Assembly (NCBI GenBank): GCA_036278975.1
Contig: DASUKC010000089.1
Coordinates: forward strand, 15,140-79,139
Reading direction: 5' to 3'
From: Gaiellaceae bacterium
GTDB taxonomy: Bacteria; Actinomycetota; Thermoleophilia; Gaiellales; Gaiellaceae
Length of the DNA: 64,000 nt
Numbering within the stretch: position 1 is the stretch's first letter; every line of letters starts with the position of its first letter. Below the pieces are notes generated by a model, which saw nothing but the letters and a program-made list of their open reading frames with translations, did no database searches and was not told the DNA's origin. A program made the position numbers and the translations under genes. Of this stretch, positions 1-9,056 are shown one piece after another.

Positions 1-209
1 GCGCGGCCGTGGAACGCGACGCCTTCCTGCAGCTCCTGCGCCTGCGGGCCGTACTTGAGCAGGAAGATATTCGCCAGCGGATGGCCTGTCGGTAGCGCGG
101 TCGGCGCACCGTCGGCCGCCTGAGAAATCTCGTGCGACAGCCGATTGATCTCGGTGATGGCCTTGCGCAGGTACCGCTCGTAGATCTCGTCTGTGGTCAC
201 GGCCGCCAC
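1..209 (-). CDS. partial CDS (N-terminal part; gene continues past the window start): uracil-DNA-glycosylase-superfamily-like protein
   Basis: Own minus-strand translation from GTG at 209: VAAVTTDEIYERYLRKAITEINRLSHEISQAADGAPTALPTGHPLANIFLLKYGPQAQELQEGVAFHGR, open to position 1. Weak resemblance to the motif-A region (..G.PF.GR) of family 4/5 UDGs. Confidence 0.35.
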   Translation of the reverse strand, partial: MAAVTTDEIYERYLRKAITEINRLSHEISQAADGAPTALPTGHPLANIFLLKYGPQAQELQEGVAFHGR

Positions 210-229
210 GGGCTTAGGACCTTTCGGCC

Positions 230-1954
230 CTACTTGACCTTCTCCTTGACCTGCGCCACCCACTTGAGCGATTGCAGGTAGGCGAGGGACTTCGGACGCC
301 TGAGTATCTGTGCGGTCCGCAACGAGATCAAGAACTCCTCCGGGTCGTTGAAGGCGCGCAACCGCAGCGCGCCGGTCCCGACGCCCTGCAGCACGTGGGC
401 GTCCGAGCCCGCGCCCATCGTGAGGTTGTACTTTCGGGCGAAGCGCAGCGCCTCGTCGTTGTACGTCTCGAAGAGCAACCGCGCGTTGTAGACCTCGAGC
501 ACGTCGATCTCGCCGAGGTGGCGGTGCAGCGTGCGCGAATCCGGAATCGCGTGCATGCGGTCGAACGGATGGGGCACGTACACCAGCCCGCCCTGTTCGC
601 GGATTGCGGCGACCGTGTCGCCGAACGACATGCCGCGCGGGATCTCGCGCTCGAGGAAGAGACCGATCACCTCTCCCTGTCCGTTCGTCTTCACCTCCTC
701 GCCGGGAATCACGACGAGGTCGCGGTCGCGCGCGTAGTCGGCCGCTTCGAGCGCGCCGCCGAAGACGTTGTGGTCGGTAACAGCGATCGCTCCGAGGCCC
801 TCCGCAACAGCGTGGTCGACGAGCTCCGCTGAGTCGATGCTGCAGTCGTGCGACCACGACGTGTGCATGTGCAAGTCGGCGACGACCCACGGGCGATCGG
901 CGAGCGGATCAGCTTGCGCTCGCCGCACGCGGCGGTGACTGAGACCCTCGTAGATGGCTGCGAGCTCCGCTGCGACCGCGTCGAAGCCCTGACCGGCTGC
1001 GCTCTCGCGCGCAGCGGCTTGTTCCCGTTCGCGCACGTCGTCGTGCTCTGCGAAGCGGGCGGCTGCGGCGGCTGCAAGCTCCGGCTGGATGTCTGTGCCG
1101 CGGGGCTGCGCGATGGCGCAGCCGGCGGCTGCCGCCTCCAGCGACACGCGCGCAAGGCCGTCGATGCCGGGAACGAAGATCGACGCCTCGTTGAAGATCG
1201 CGGCGCGTGCGCGACCGTCGCGCGCGGTGCGCATGTGCACGCGGCCGACAAGCGCGCGCGGAATAGTCGGGCGACCGATCAGCGGGCGCGTGCGGAGAAG
1301 CACGACCTCCCAGCCGTCGAGCTTGAGGAGCTCGTGCAGCACCGCGCGCGCGACTGCGCGTTCGGTCGGCCGCAGCTCGACGACGATCGTGCGCTTCTTC
1401 GGCGTCTGTGGGAAGAGCGAGAGGTCGACGCCCGGCGAAAGCAGGTGGTAGTCGCCGGGAAAACGCTCTTCCGCAGCGTCGCGCGCGCCGGTTGTCAGGG
1501 CGATCAGCGCATCGATGCGCGCGAGCAGTCGTTCGCGTTGCGAGCGCGCTGGTGGATAGCCGAGCCGCGCGGGAGAAACGAACGTCGCGACGCCGAGCGT
1601 GCCGGAGTCACGCAGCGCCAGGTACGAGAGCGAGGGGACGCCGGGCTCGAAGCCGTGCACGACGTCGAAGCGACCTTGCGCGAGCGCCTGCGACAGGTTC
1701 GCCTGCACGCCGACCGGCACGCCGAGCTGTGATCGCCGCGACACGGGAACTGCAGGCCCGACGGCGATCACGTCGCGTTGCTCGCCGTGGAGGATCGCGC
1801 GCCGGCCGTCGAGCAGATCGGCCGCGCGCGTCGACGACGCGAGGACGCTGACTTCGTGGCCGAGGCGGCGCAGGCCACCGGCAACGCCGGCGACGTGCTC
1901 GTTCACGTCGTGCGGCTGCGACCACGCAAACGGCGTCACTAGGCAGATCCGCAT
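230..1954 (-). CDS. fusion protein: N-terminal GT4 (PimA-like) glycosyltransferase and C-terminal PHP-domain phosphoesterase
   Basis: 574-aa ORF. N-terminus MRICLVTPFAWSQP..GHEVSVLA and SLEAAAAGCA are GT4-like. The C-terminal ~220 aa carry PHP motifs (DLHMHTSWSHD, AVTDHN, PHPFD, GSDAH). Confidence 0.85.
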   Translation of the reverse strand: MRICLVTPFAWSQPHDVNEHVAGVAGGLRRLGHEVSVLASSTRAADLLDGRRAILHGEQRDVIAVGPAVPVSRRSQLGVPVGVQANLSQALAQGRFDVVHGFEPGVPSLSYLALRDSGTLGVATFVSPARLGYPPARSQRERLLARIDALIALTTGARDAAEERFPGDYHLLSPGVDLSLFPQTPKKRTIVVELRPTERAVARAVLHELLKLDGWEVVLLRTRPLIGRPTIPRALVGRVHMRTARDGRARAAIFNEASIFVPGIDGLARVSLEAAAAGCAIAQPRGTDIQPELAAAAAARFAEHDDVREREQAAARESAAGQGFDAVAAELAAIYEGLSHRRVRRAQADPLADRPWVVADLHMHTSWSHDCSIDSAELVDHAVAEGLGAIAVTDHNVFGGALEAADYARDRDLVVIPGEEVKTNGQGEVIGLFLEREIPRGMSFGDTVAAIREQGGLVYVPHPFDRMHAIPDSRTLHRHLGEIDVLEVYNARLLFETYNDEALRFARKYNLTMGAGSDAHVLQGVGTGALRLRAFNDPEEFLISLRTAQILRRPKSLAYLQSLKWVAQVKEKVK

Positions 1955-1966
1955 CAGTTAAGGGTA

Positions 1967-1996
1967 GTGCCCGGCCCCAAAATCGGGACCGGGCAC
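1967..1996 (-). other. stem-loop in the 49-nt spacer between ino1 and the GT::PHP gene (possible attenuator or terminator)
   Basis: gtgcccgg(1967-1974) pairs with ccgggcac(1989-1996), extended by inner ccc/ggg pairs. No clear U tract on the minus-strand RNA. Confidence 0.35.
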
Positions 1997-2003
1997 CAGA
2001 GAT

Positions 2004-3149
2004 CTAAATCTGGGCCGGTGAAGGCGAGGAGATCTCGCGGCGGTTCCGCTCGATGAACTCCTCGACCAGCTCGGCCGCGTCGTCGTCCGGGATCTGCACG
2101 GGCGGCGACTTCATCAGGTACGAGCTCGGGCCTTCGAGGGAGCCGGAGATGCCTTTGTTGAGGGCGAGCTTCGCCAGGCGGACGGCGTCGATGACGATTC
2201 CGGCCGAGTTCGGCGAGTCCCATACCTCGAGCTTGAACTCGACATTCAGCGGCACGTCGCCGAAGGCTGAGCCCTCGAGGCGGATGTACGCCCACTTGCG
2301 GTCGGTGAGCCACGGCACGTAGTCCGAAGGGCCGACGTGGACGTTCTTTGCTCCGAGGTCGTAGTCGAGCATCGACGTGACGGCGTTCGTCTTCGAGATC
2401 TTCTTCGACTCGAGGCGCTCGCGCTCCAGCATGTTCAGGAAGTCGCTGTTGCCGCCGACGTTCAGCTGCATCGTCTTGTCGAGATGCACGCCGCGCTCGC
2501 GGAACAGCGTGGTGAGCACGCGGTGCGTGATCGTCGCGCCGACCTGCGACTTGATGTCGTCGCCGATGATCGGCACCCCGGCCTCCTGGAAGCGCTTGTT
2601 CCAGTAGTCCTCGCGCGCGATGAAGACCGGCATGCAGTTCACCATGGCGCAGCCCGCCGCCATGATCTGCTCGGCGTACCACTTCGTCGCCTCTTCCGAG
2701 CCGACGGGGAGGTAGTTGACGACGACGTCGACGTTGCGCTCCTTGAGGATGCCGACCACGTCGTCCGTCTCGCCGGGCGCCTTCTCGACGACCTGCGACA
2801 GGTACTTGCCGATGCCGTCGTGCGTCATGCCGCGGTTGACCTTCACGCCGGTCGGGGCGACCTCCGCGAACTTGATCGTGTCGTTCGGGTGCGCCCACAT
2901 CGCGTCGGCGATGTCCTCGCCAACCTTGCCCTTGACGACGTCGAATGCCGCCACGACCTCGACATCACGGATGTGGTACCCGCCGAGGTTCACGTGCATG
3001 AGGCCCGGGACGAATTGGTCTTCCTGCGCATCTTTGTAATACGTCAGGCCTTGCATGAACGAGTTGGCGCAGTTGCCGACGCCGATGATTGCGACGCGGA
3101 CCTTGTCCTGCTGCCGTCCGTTCGTGCGGCCGTTGCCGTTGGTTTCCAT
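2004..3149 (-). CDS. ino1: myo-inositol-1-phosphate (inositol-3-phosphate) synthase
   Basis: Translation [35 protein letters not shown].. is typical of actinobacterial Ino1. ATG at 3149 overlaps the upstream stop (TAATG). The longer ORF start at 3257 was rejected. Confidence 0.93.
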   Translation of the reverse strand: METNGNGRTNGRQQDKVRVAIIGVGNCANSFMQGLTYYKDAQEDQFVPGLMHVNLGGYHIRDVEVVAAFDVVKGKVGEDIADAMWAHPNDTIKFAEVAPTGVKVNRGMTHDGIGKYLSQVVEKAPGETDDVVGILKERNVDVVVNYLPVGSEEATKWYAEQIMAAGCAMVNCMPVFIAREDYWNKRFQEAGVPIIGDDIKSQVGATITHRVLTTLFRERGVHLDKTMQLNVGGNSDFLNMLERERLESKKISKTNAVTSMLDYDLGAKNVHVGPSDYVPWLTDRKWAYIRLEGSAFGDVPLNVEFKLEVWDSPNSAGIVIDAVRLAKLALNKGISGSLEGPSSYLMKSPPVQIPDDDAAELVEEFIERNRREISSPSPAQI

Positions 3150-3820
3150 TACTGCTTTGCCTCCATAAGTTGCTTGCGGACGTGCAGGACACGCTGGGCG
3201 ACCGTGATCCACGCGGTGCAGGTGAGCAGCACCAGCGCCCACGGAAGCACGCCCCATGGTGCGAGGACGAGCCCCGCTGTGATGACGACGACCCGCTCTG
3301 CGCGCGAGCCGATGCCGACGTCCCCGCGCAGGCCGAGTGCTTCGGCCTTCGCGCGTGCGTACGGGACGAGGAACGAGCCGGCGACTGCAGCCACCGTCAC
3401 GGCGACGAACACCGGGTGGTGGTTGCGGGAAAGGACGTACCCGAGTGCGGTGAGCATGAAGCCCTCGCTCACGCGATCGGTCGTCGAGTCGAGGAACGCG
3501 CCGAACGGCGTCGTCTTGCCGCCTGCACGGGCGAGCGCGCCGTCGAGGATGTCGAGCACCGAACCTGCGACGAACACGACGGCAGCGAGCCAGTAGAAGA
3601 GGATGTGGTTGCGGTCATCGAAGAGCACGAGCACCGATGCGATTCCGCACAGCAGGACGCCGCTCGCGGTGAGCGCATTCGGCGTGATGCGGGTGCGGGT
3701 GAGCCCCAGCACGGAGCGTGACGCGAGCGACCGGGCGCCGGTCGTGTAGCCCTGCTTGATCGCGGCCGCTCTCGTGCTCACCGGACGGACCGTACCAGTG
3801 CCTTCCGGCGGCTCTTTCAC
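3149..3820 (-). CDS. CDP-alcohol phosphatidyltransferase (phosphatidylinositol-phosphate synthase-like)
   Basis: Motif [27 protein letters not shown] matches D-x2-DG-x2-AR-x8-G-x3-D-x3-D. Multi-TM protein. Start set at GTG 3820 (alternative GTG 3781); the ORF-track start at 3919 would overlap the upstream gene by 80 nt. Confidence 0.8.
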   Translation of the reverse strand: MKEPPEGTGTVRPVSTRAAAIKQGYTTGARSLASRSVLGLTRTRITPNALTASGVLLCGIASVLVLFDDRNHILFYWLAAVVFVAGSVLDILDGALARAGGKTTPFGAFLDSTTDRVSEGFMLTALGYVLSRNHHPVFVAVTVAAVAGSFLVPYARAKAEALGLRGDVGIGSRAERVVVITAGLVLAPWGVLPWALVLLTCTAWITVAQRVLHVRKQLMEAKQ

Positions 3821-3839
3821 AGGGTCGACAGGCGGCGGA

Positions 3840-4565
3840 TTACGCCGGTTGAGCGGCAAACGGGCGGAAAATGCGCTCGCGATAGACGATCGCCATGGCC
3901 AACAGGCCGACGGCGGCACCCGCCACGCAGTCGAGCCAGAAGTGGTTGCCGGTCGCCATCACGCAGAAGACGACCCACGCCGGCCAGGCGATCCAGACCG
4001 CTTTCCAGATGCGGCGCTGGCAGAGGCTCGCGAGCACGATGCCCACGATCAGCGCGTCGCCGGTGTGCAGGCTCGGCATCGCGGCATACGGATTCGCCGC
4101 GAGGTTCACCAGACCGTCGCGGTGCTGGTCGACGAAGCCGACGCCGAGCAGGCGTGGTGGCGCGGTTGGCATCACCACGTAGCCGATCAGCCCGAACACG
4201 TTCGCGAGCAGGATCGAGTTGCGGAAGCGCTTGAACGACTCGTGCCGGCGCAGATACACCCAGAGCAACGCAAGCCCGACGACCGTGAACTCCGAGTTCC
4301 AGTACGTCCACGAGACGACGGTTTCGAGCCAGTGCTTCTGGTCGACGAAGTTCTGGAGCGTCAGCTCGTACAGACGGTGCGTGACGTCGGTCTCGATGCG
4401 GACGACGTCATGGCCGTTCGCGAACGCCTTCGTCGGGTTCCGGTCCGCGAGGCCACGCGCGAGCTGATAGAGCACGAGGAATCCGAACCAAATGGCGACC
4501 TGGCGTCCCAGATCGGCCCAACCACGCGGCAAATAGCGCCGCCCTGCTGCGACGACGGTGGACAT
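3840..4565 (-). CDS. PAP2-superfamily integral membrane protein (PAP2_3 / Aur1-like inositolphosphotransferase or lipid phosphatase)
   Basis: Motifs PSLHTGDA and GNHFWLD in a polytopic membrane protein. ATG 4565 is preferred over TTG 4613, which lies inside the moaA-distal hairpin. Confidence 0.7.
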   Translation of the reverse strand: MSTVVAAGRRYLPRGWADLGRQVAIWFGFLVLYQLARGLADRNPTKAFANGHDVVRIETDVTHRLYELTLQNFVDQKHWLETVVSWTYWNSEFTVVGLALLWVYLRRHESFKRFRNSILLANVFGLIGYVVMPTAPPRLLGVGFVDQHRDGLVNLAANPYAAMPSLHTGDALIVGIVLASLCQRRIWKAVWIAWPAWVVFCVMATGNHFWLDCVAGAAVGLLAMAIVYRERIFRPFAAQPA

Positions 4566-4611
4566 CGCAGGCAATTCTAACGGGAGGCCCGACGGCCCCG
4601 AAATTCCCTGC

Positions 4612-4645
4612 AAGGAGGCACCACCCGCCGGTGCCTTGCCTCCTT
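4612..4645 (-). terminator. hairpin overlapping the moaA stop codon
   Basis: aaggagg(4612-4618) pairs with cctcctt(4639-4645), with inner cacc/ggtg pairing. The minus-strand RNA continues UUGCAGGGAAUUUCG. Confidence 0.35.
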
Positions 4646-5642
4646 AGCCGCCGATGTACGACATCTCGACCTTGGGCAGGTCGGCGGTCGCGGCGGAGCG
4701 AAGCTCCGAATAGCGGTCGGCGCGCTTCGTCCAGATCGCCCGGAGCGCTGCGTCCAGCTCGTCGTCATCGGCACCGCCGCGCACCAGCGCGCGCAGGTCG
4801 TGCCCCTTCACCGCGAACAGGCAGGTGAAGAGCCGGCCCTCGGCCGAGAGCCGTGCGCGGGTGCAGTCGCCGCAGAACGGCTGGGTCACGCTGGCGATCA
4901 CACCGACCTCGCCGGTTCCGTCCTTGTAGCGCCACCGCTTCGCGACTTCGCCGCGGTAGTTCGGTTCGAGCGCCTCGACCTCGAAGGCAGTGTCGAGCGC
5001 GGCGACGATCTCGGCCGCCGGCACGACATCGTCCATGCGCCAGCCGTTCGTGTGACCCACGTCCATGTACTCGATGAAGCGCAGTGTGTGCGGCGTGTCG
5101 CGGAAGTACCGCGCGAGCGGGACGATCTCGCTGTCGTTGACGCCGCGCTTCACGACGCAGTTCACCTTCACCGGTAGACCTGCCGCGGCCGCGGCGTCGA
5201 TGCCCTCGAGCACGCGCTCGACGGAGAAGTCGACGTCGTTGAGCGAGCGGAAGATGGCGTCGTCGAGTGAGTCGAGGCTCACGGTGATGCGCCGCAGGCC
5301 GGCGTCCGCGAGTGCCTGCGCCTTCTGCGGCAGAAGCGAGCCGTTCGTCGTCAGCGTGAGATCGAGGTCGAGATCGGAGAGCTGCGCGACCAGGCGCTCG
5401 AGGTCGCGGCGCACGAGCGGCTCGCCGCCTGTGATCCGCAACTTCTGCACACCCAGGCGGGCGAACGCGCCGGCGACCCGGGTGATCTCCTCGAATGAAA
5501 GGAGCTCCTTGCGGTCGAGGAAGCGGTACTCGTGACCGAAGACCTCCTTCGGCATGCAGTAGACGCAGCGGAAGTTGCAGCGGTCGGTGACCGAGATGCG
5601 GAGGTCGTGCAGCGGGCGCTCGAGGGTGTCGCGCACTTCCAT
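4644..5642 (-). CDS. moaA: GTP 3',8-cyclase MoaA (radical SAM)
   Basis: [31 protein letters not shown].. gives the CxxxCxxC cluster, and the C-terminus has [19 protein letters not shown]. Start at ATG 5642 (alternative 5675). The 518-aa ORF extension is shadow sequence. Confidence 0.9.
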   Translation of the reverse strand: MEVRDTLERPLHDLRISVTDRCNFRCVYCMPKEVFGHEYRFLDRKELLSFEEITRVAGAFARLGVQKLRITGGEPLVRRDLERLVAQLSDLDLDLTLTTNGSLLPQKAQALADAGLRRITVSLDSLDDAIFRSLNDVDFSVERVLEGIDAAAAAGLPVKVNCVVKRGVNDSEIVPLARYFRDTPHTLRFIEYMDVGHTNGWRMDDVVPAAEIVAALDTAFEVEALEPNYRGEVAKRWRYKDGTGEVGVIASVTQPFCGDCTRARLSAEGRLFTCLFAVKGHDLRALVRGGADDDELDAALRAIWTKRADRYSELRSAATADLPKVEMSYIGG

Positions 5643-5673
5643 AGACGAGACGGTACCCGCGAGAATCGACGCC

Positions 5674-6501
5674 ATGCTTGTGGTCGCGCTCTCGCTTGCC
5701 TCGGCCGCGCTCTTCGGCGCGATGACCATTGGCGTGCGATTGGGTATGCGCAGCCTGCCGAGCTCGGACGGCGTGGCTCTCGCGACCGTGCTGCCGGCGC
5801 TGGTGGTGACGTTGGTCGCGGCGTGCGTTCGCCACGACGTGCACGGCGCCTGGCCGTTTCTGCTCGCCGGGCTGCTCGCGCCAGGCGGCTCCCAGGTTCT
5901 GTTCACGCTTGCCGTGCGGGAGATCGGTGCATCACGCGTGTCGGTGACGGTTGGCGCCGCGCCACTCGTTGCCGTGGCGATCGCGCTCGTGTTCCTCGGC
6001 GAGCCCTTGCGCTGGGTGCTCGTCGCCGGATCACTCGCCGTTGTCGCGGGCGGCGTGTTGCTGGCAGCAGAGCGCGACCGTCCCGGCCATCTACGCGGCC
6101 GCGGCCTGCTGCTCGCGGCAGCCGCATCCGTTCTCTTCGCGACGCGCGACAACGTCATTCGCGCGCTGCACGGCCACGCCTCGCCCGAGACTGCAGCCAC
6201 GGCGACGCTCCTCTCCGGCGCGCTGGTCGCACTTCTTTGGGCGCGGCGCGCGCCGACCTACCGCGAGCTCGCCCGCCTCACGCCGGCCGGCGTCTGCTTC
6301 GGGCTTTCGTACGTCTGCCTGTTCGAGGCTTACTGGCGCGGCCGGGTCACCGTCGTGTCGCCGCTCGTCGCGACCGAATCGCTCTGGGGCGTCGGCCTCG
6401 CCTACCTGCTCGTCCGCCACACCGAAGGAGTGGGCCGGCGGCTCCTCGTCGGCGCGGCCCTAGTCGTCGCCGGCGGCGCGCTGATCGGCGTCACCCGGTA
6501 G
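5674..6501 (+). CDS. EamA/DMT-family transporter
   Basis: About 10 predicted TM helices with a two-EamA-repeat pattern ([18 protein letters not shown].. / ..[20 protein letters not shown]). ATG 5674. Confidence 0.75.
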   Translation: MLVVALSLASAALFGAMTIGVRLGMRSLPSSDGVALATVLPALVVTLVAACVRHDVHGAWPFLLAGLLAPGGSQVLFTLAVREIGASRVSVTVGAAPLVAVAIALVFLGEPLRWVLVAGSLAVVAGGVLLAAERDRPGHLRGRGLLLAAAASVLFATRDNVIRALHGHASPETAATATLLSGALVALLWARRAPTYRELARLTPAGVCFGLSYVCLFEAYWRGRVTVVSPLVATESLWGVGLAYLLVRHTEGVGRRLLVGAALVVAGGALIGVTR

Positions 6502-6512
6502 GTCTCGGATCT

Positions 6513-6538
6513 CCGACCTCCGGTGCCAGGCAAATGCC
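6513..6538 (+). repeat. 26-nt direct repeat, copy 1, upstream of dnaK (contains TGCCAGGCA twice at 11-bp spacing)
   Basis: ccgacctccggtgccaggcaaatgcc compared with copy 2 ccgaccttcggtgccaggcatttgcc: 23/26 identical. Confidence 0.8.
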
Positions 6539-6580
6539 AGGCATTGGCGCGCAAATTGCAGGGAGATTTGCGTCGGCGGG

Positions 6581-6606
6581 CCGACCTTCGGTGCCAGGCA
6601 TTTGCC
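6581..6606 (+). repeat. 26-nt direct repeat, copy 2, upstream of dnaK
   Basis: See copy 1. The copies lie 68 bp apart and flank the palindrome GCAAAT-N9-ATTTGC (6551-6571). Confidence 0.8.
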
Positions 6607-6678
6607 CGTCACGCGACAGGCACCAGATCTGATATAAAGCCGCTTAGATTTCCTCAGTAGCGGAAGGAGAACGTAGGA

Positions 6679-8568
6679 ATGGCGAAGACGATCGGCATCG
6701 ACCTGGGTACGACGAACTCGTGCATGGCCGTGCTCGAGGGCGGCGAGCCCGCCGTCATCGCGAACGCGGAGGGCGGCCGTACCACGCCGTCGGTGGTCGC
6801 GTTCACGAAGGACGGCCAGCGGCTGGTCGGCGCCCCGGCGCGCCGGCAGCAGGTCACCAACCCACAGAACACGATTTTCTCGATCAAGCGCTTTATGGGC
6901 CGCAAGTTCGACGAGGTCACCGAAGAGATGACCATCGTCCCGTACAAGGTCGTGAAGGGCCCGAACGACGACGTGCGCGTGGAGGCGGACGGCAAGGGCT
7001 ACGCGCCGCCGGAGATCAGCGCGATGATCCTGCAGAAGTTGAAGGCTGACGCCGAGGCGTATCTCGGCGAACAGGTCACCGACGCGGTGATCACCGTGCC
7101 TGCGTACTTCAACAACGCGCAGCGCGAGGCGACGAAGGACGCCGGCAAGGTCGCCGGCCTCAACGTGCTTCGCATCATCAACGAGCCGACCGCGGCAGCG
7201 CTCGCGTACGGGCTCGACAAGGAAGGCAGCGACCAGACGATTCTCGTCTTCGACCTTGGCGGCGGCACGTTCGACGTGTCGGTGCTCGAGCTCGGCGAGG
7301 GCGTGTTCGAAGTGAAGTCGACGAACGGTGACAACCACCTGGGCGGCGACAACTTCGACAAGGCGGTCGTCGACTGGATGATCGCGGAGTTCAAGCGCGA
7401 CCAGGGCATCGACCTCGGCGCCGACCCGATGGCGTTGCAGCGTCTCTACGAGGCAGCGGAGAAGGCGAAAATCGAGTTGTCGTCGACGATGACGACGCAG
7501 ATCAATCTGCCGTTCATCACGGCGACGCCTGAAGGCCCGAAGCACCTCGACCTGCAACTCACGCGCGCGAAGCTCGAGGAGCTTGCGCACGCGCTGCTTG
7601 AGCGCACGGTTGCACCTACGAAGCAGGCACTCTCGGATGCGGGGCTCGACGCGTCGAAGATTGACCACGTCGTGCTTGTCGGCGGCATGACCCGCATGCC
7701 TGCAGTGCAGGCAAAGGTCAAGGAGCTGATCGGCAAGGACCCGCACAAGGGCGTCAACCCGGACGAGGTCGTCGCTGTCGGCGCCGCGATCCAGGGCGGC
7801 GTGCTGAAGGGCGAGGTCAAGGACGTGCTGCTGCTCGACGTGACGCCGCTGTCGCTCGGCATCGAGACGAAGGGTGGCGTGATGGCGACGCTGATCGAGC
7901 GCAACACGACGATTCCGACGCGCAAGTCGCAGGTGTTCACGACGGCCGACGACAACCAGCCGTCGGTGGAGATCCACGTGCTGCAGGGCGAGTCCGAGAT
8001 GGTCGCGTACAACAAGACGCTCGGGAAGTTCCAGCTCGTCGGCATCCCGCCGGCGCCGCGCGGCATGCCGCAGATCGAGGTGTCGTTCGACATCGATGCC
8101 AACGGCATCATCAACGTGTCGGCGAAGGACCTCGGCACGAGCAACGAGCAGCAGATCCGCATCGAAGGCGGCTCGGGCCTGAAGCAGGACGAGATCGACC
8201 GCATGATCAAGGAGGCCGAGGCGCACGCCGGTGAGGCGCACAAGCTGCGCGAGCTCGTCGACACGCGCAACCAGGCGGAGGCGCTCGCGTACCAGATCGA
8301 GAAGTCGGTCGCTGAGCATCGCGACAAGCTCGACGAGTCGCTCGCTTCGACGATCGAGGGGCGGATCATGGAGCTCCGCGGTGTGCTCGAGTCCGACGAC
8401 GCCAGTGTCATCAAGGAGAAGACGGATGCGCTGCAGGAGGCGTGGACGCAAGCTGCATCGGCGATCTACGCGCAGGCATCCGCCTCTGAGCCGACGAGCG
8501 GTGGGAGCGGCGACAGCGACGACGAGGTTGTCGAGGACGCCGAGTATGAGGTCGTCGACGAGTCGTGA
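6679..8568 (+). CDS. dnaK: molecular chaperone DnaK (Hsp70)
   Basis: [18 protein letters not shown].., [10 protein letters not shown], and the full Hsp70 pattern. GGAAGGAG SD upstream. Confidence 0.98.
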   Translation: MAKTIGIDLGTTNSCMAVLEGGEPAVIANAEGGRTTPSVVAFTKDGQRLVGAPARRQQVTNPQNTIFSIKRFMGRKFDEVTEEMTIVPYKVVKGPNDDVRVEADGKGYAPPEISAMILQKLKADAEAYLGEQVTDAVITVPAYFNNAQREATKDAGKVAGLNVLRIINEPTAAALAYGLDKEGSDQTILVFDLGGGTFDVSVLELGEGVFEVKSTNGDNHLGGDNFDKAVVDWMIAEFKRDQGIDLGADPMALQRLYEAAEKAKIELSSTMTTQINLPFITATPEGPKHLDLQLTRAKLEELAHALLERTVAPTKQALSDAGLDASKIDHVVLVGGMTRMPAVQAKVKELIGKDPHKGVNPDEVVAVGAAIQGGVLKGEVKDVLLLDVTPLSLGIETKGGVMATLIERNTTIPTRKSQVFTTADDNQPSVEIHVLQGESEMVAYNKTLGKFQLVGIPPAPRGMPQIEVSFDIDANGIINVSAKDLGTSNEQQIRIEGGSGLKQDEIDRMIKEAEAHAGEAHKLRELVDTRNQAEALAYQIEKSVAEHRDKLDESLASTIEGRIMELRGVLESDDASVIKEKTDALQEAWTQAASAIYAQASASEPTSGGSGDSDDEVVEDAEYEVVDES

Positions 8569-9056
8569 CCGACGACGAGGTGAAGGAAGAAGTTGACGAG
8601 CTCGCCGACACGACGCGTGAGCGCGACGAGTACCTCGACGCGCTGCAGCGGCTGAAGGCGGAGTTCGACAACTATCGCAAGCGCGTAGCCCGCGACGACG
8701 CAGAGCGGGCTGCGCGCACCGCGGAGCGTCTGCTCTCGTCATTGGTGCCGGTGCTCGACGACCTCGAGCGCGCGCTCGAGGCGGCGGCAGAGCACGAGGA
8801 GGCGAAGCTCGAAGACGGCGTTCGCCTCGTCTACCGCTCGCTCGCCGACCTGCTCGCGCGCGAGGGGCTCGTCGAGGTGCCGACAGACGGCGCGTTCGAT
8901 CCGCACACGCAGGAGGCGCTGCTCGCGCAGCCGTCCGAGGCGGAAGAGGGCACCGTCATCCAGGTTCTGCAGAAGGGCTACAAGCTCGGCGACCTGGTGC
9001 TGCGCCCCGCCCGGGTTGTCATCTCGCAAGGTCAGATTCCCGAAAACCGTGCCTAG
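8565..9056 (+). CDS. grpE: nucleotide exchange factor GrpE
   Basis: GTGA overlap with the dnaK stop. Coiled-coil N-terminus and ..AEFDNYRKR.. GrpE signature. Confidence 0.93.
   Translation: MTDDEVKEEVDELADTTRERDEYLDALQRLKAEFDNYRKRVARDDAERAARTAERLLSSLVPVLDDLERALEAAAEHEEAKLEDGVRLVYRSLADLLAREGLVEVPTDGAFDPHTQEALLAQPSEAEEGTVIQVLQKGYKLGDLVLRPARVVISQGQIPENRA

Noticed and set aside
5643-6200. N-terminal extension of the moaA ORF to 518 aa
   Set aside because: The extension is Ser/Thr/Ala/Arg junk that overlaps the EamA transporter gene on the other strand. The MoaA homology starts at MEVRD..
6521-6606. Possible sigma-54 promoters because the reverse complement of GGTGCCAGGCA contains CTGGCAC
   Set aside because: No TTGC(A/T) element at the required GG-N10-GC spacing. 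The orientation also points away from dnaK, towards the 3' end of the transporter gene.
6600-6678. Search for HAIR (CTTGAGT-N7-ACTCAAG) or CIRCE upstream of dnaK; CTTAGATTTCCTCAGTAG looked superficially similar
   Set aside because: The two halves are not inverted repeats of each other and match the consensus poorly. It is not called as an operator.
6460-8742. 760-aa minus-strand ORF opposite dnaK/grpE
   Set aside because: Arg/Leu/Asp-rich shadow ORF antisense to an unambiguous dnaK. Such long stop-free antisense frames are expected at this GC content.
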